Made by a program: the position numbers and the translations under genes
Shown: positions 63,482-64,000 of the stretch, piece after piece
How positions within the stretch are numbered: position 1 is the stretch's first letter
How the letters are laid out: every line of letters starts with the position of its first letter
Notes under the pieces: model-generated
The model's input: only the letters and a program-made list of their open reading frames with translations
Told to the model about the DNA's origin: nothing
Database searches by the model: none
From: Cyanophyceae cyanobacterium
Lineage (GTDB): Bacteria; Cyanobacteriota; Cyanobacteriia; Cyanobacteriales; Laspinemataceae
Direction of reading: 5' to 3'
Assembly: GCA_038321985.1 (NCBI GenBank)
Contig: JBBQFN010000001.1
Span: 288,001 to 352,000 of the forward strand
Length of the DNA: 64,000 nt

Positions 63482-64000
63482 TTACCGACGCGGTTTTCTG
63501 CCCGGATTTCCCGCTGCTTTCGTCTTAGTTCCCGTTTTCCCCCGGCGTGTATTCGTACCCGTGAGAGAGGTGGCTGTACCCCCAGTCATCGCACTTGTAT
63601 CTGATGTATCAGAGGCAGACATCCGTCGCGCTGTTGCCGTCCGGAAGGTCACATTTACCCCTTCATTAGATTGTTCTAGCACTAACAACGGAGTCGGTTT
63701 AGCTTTTTGATCCCAGTGGATGTAAGCAACTCGGCCTTGAATCGTCGGTTGCCAGGTATCGTGATCATCCCGCGCACTTAGATAAGTTTCCAGACAATCG
63801 ATAATTTGGCTAATCGTTTTTGATGTGGCTTGAGTCGGTAACTTGGTTAACCTAATTTGAATGCGAAACAGCACTCGTTTTTTAGATTTAGCAACGTCCC
63901 CCAGATGATATTCTACATCAAATATTTCATCAACCTGTCGGCCCGAACCTCGGGTTTCTGCATTTGGACGCAAAGCAACCGAGATTTTTTCTTTTACCTT
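63482..64000 (-). CDS. C-terminal part of a hypothetical protein running off the window edge
   Basis: Frame stays open to position 64000 (KVKEKISVALRPNAE...); basic low-complexity tail. Confidence 0.65.
   Translation of the reverse strand, partial: KVKEKISVALRPNAETRGSGRQVDEIFDVEYHLGDVAKSKKRVLFRIQIRLTKLPTQATSKTISQIIDCLETYLSARDDHDTWQPTIQGRVAYIHWDQKAKPTPLLVLEQSNEGVNVTFRTATARRMSASDTSDTSAMTGGTATSLTGTNTRRGKTGTKTKAAGNPGRKPRR

Overview
A 64 kb stretch of a cyanobacterial chromosome, dense in the HIP1 octamer GCGATCGC. The gene content and repeat style suggest a filamentous Oscillatoriales-type strain (inference). The left end carries the conserved rubA-ycf48-psbEFLJ block divergent from ndhCKJ. Next is a seven-gene DUF4129-DUF4350-MoxR-DUF58/vWA-SpoIIM-membrane protein-RDD cluster, bracketed by a separated tldE and tldD pair. 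After it come an M28 peptidase, a GNAT acetyltransferase, cbiX behind a compact cobalamin riboswitch, and a CheB-less CheR-PAS gene beside a histidine kinase lacking its phospho-acceptor His. The right half holds sipA, coaD, cdv3, an ABC1 kinase, split manC modules, a large PAS/GAF kinase with a CheY-like partner, a degenerate LCP protein, rpoZ, tRNA-Pro(GGG), a K+ channel and argD. Three decayed loci are visible: a vapC stub behind an intact antitoxin, a triply frameshifted PAS-Crp regulator and a collapsed devBCA operon. Intergenic regions hold small REP-like and MITE-like elements. No CRISPR array, transposase or prophage was seen. All product calls are by recognition of the translated sequence, not by database search.
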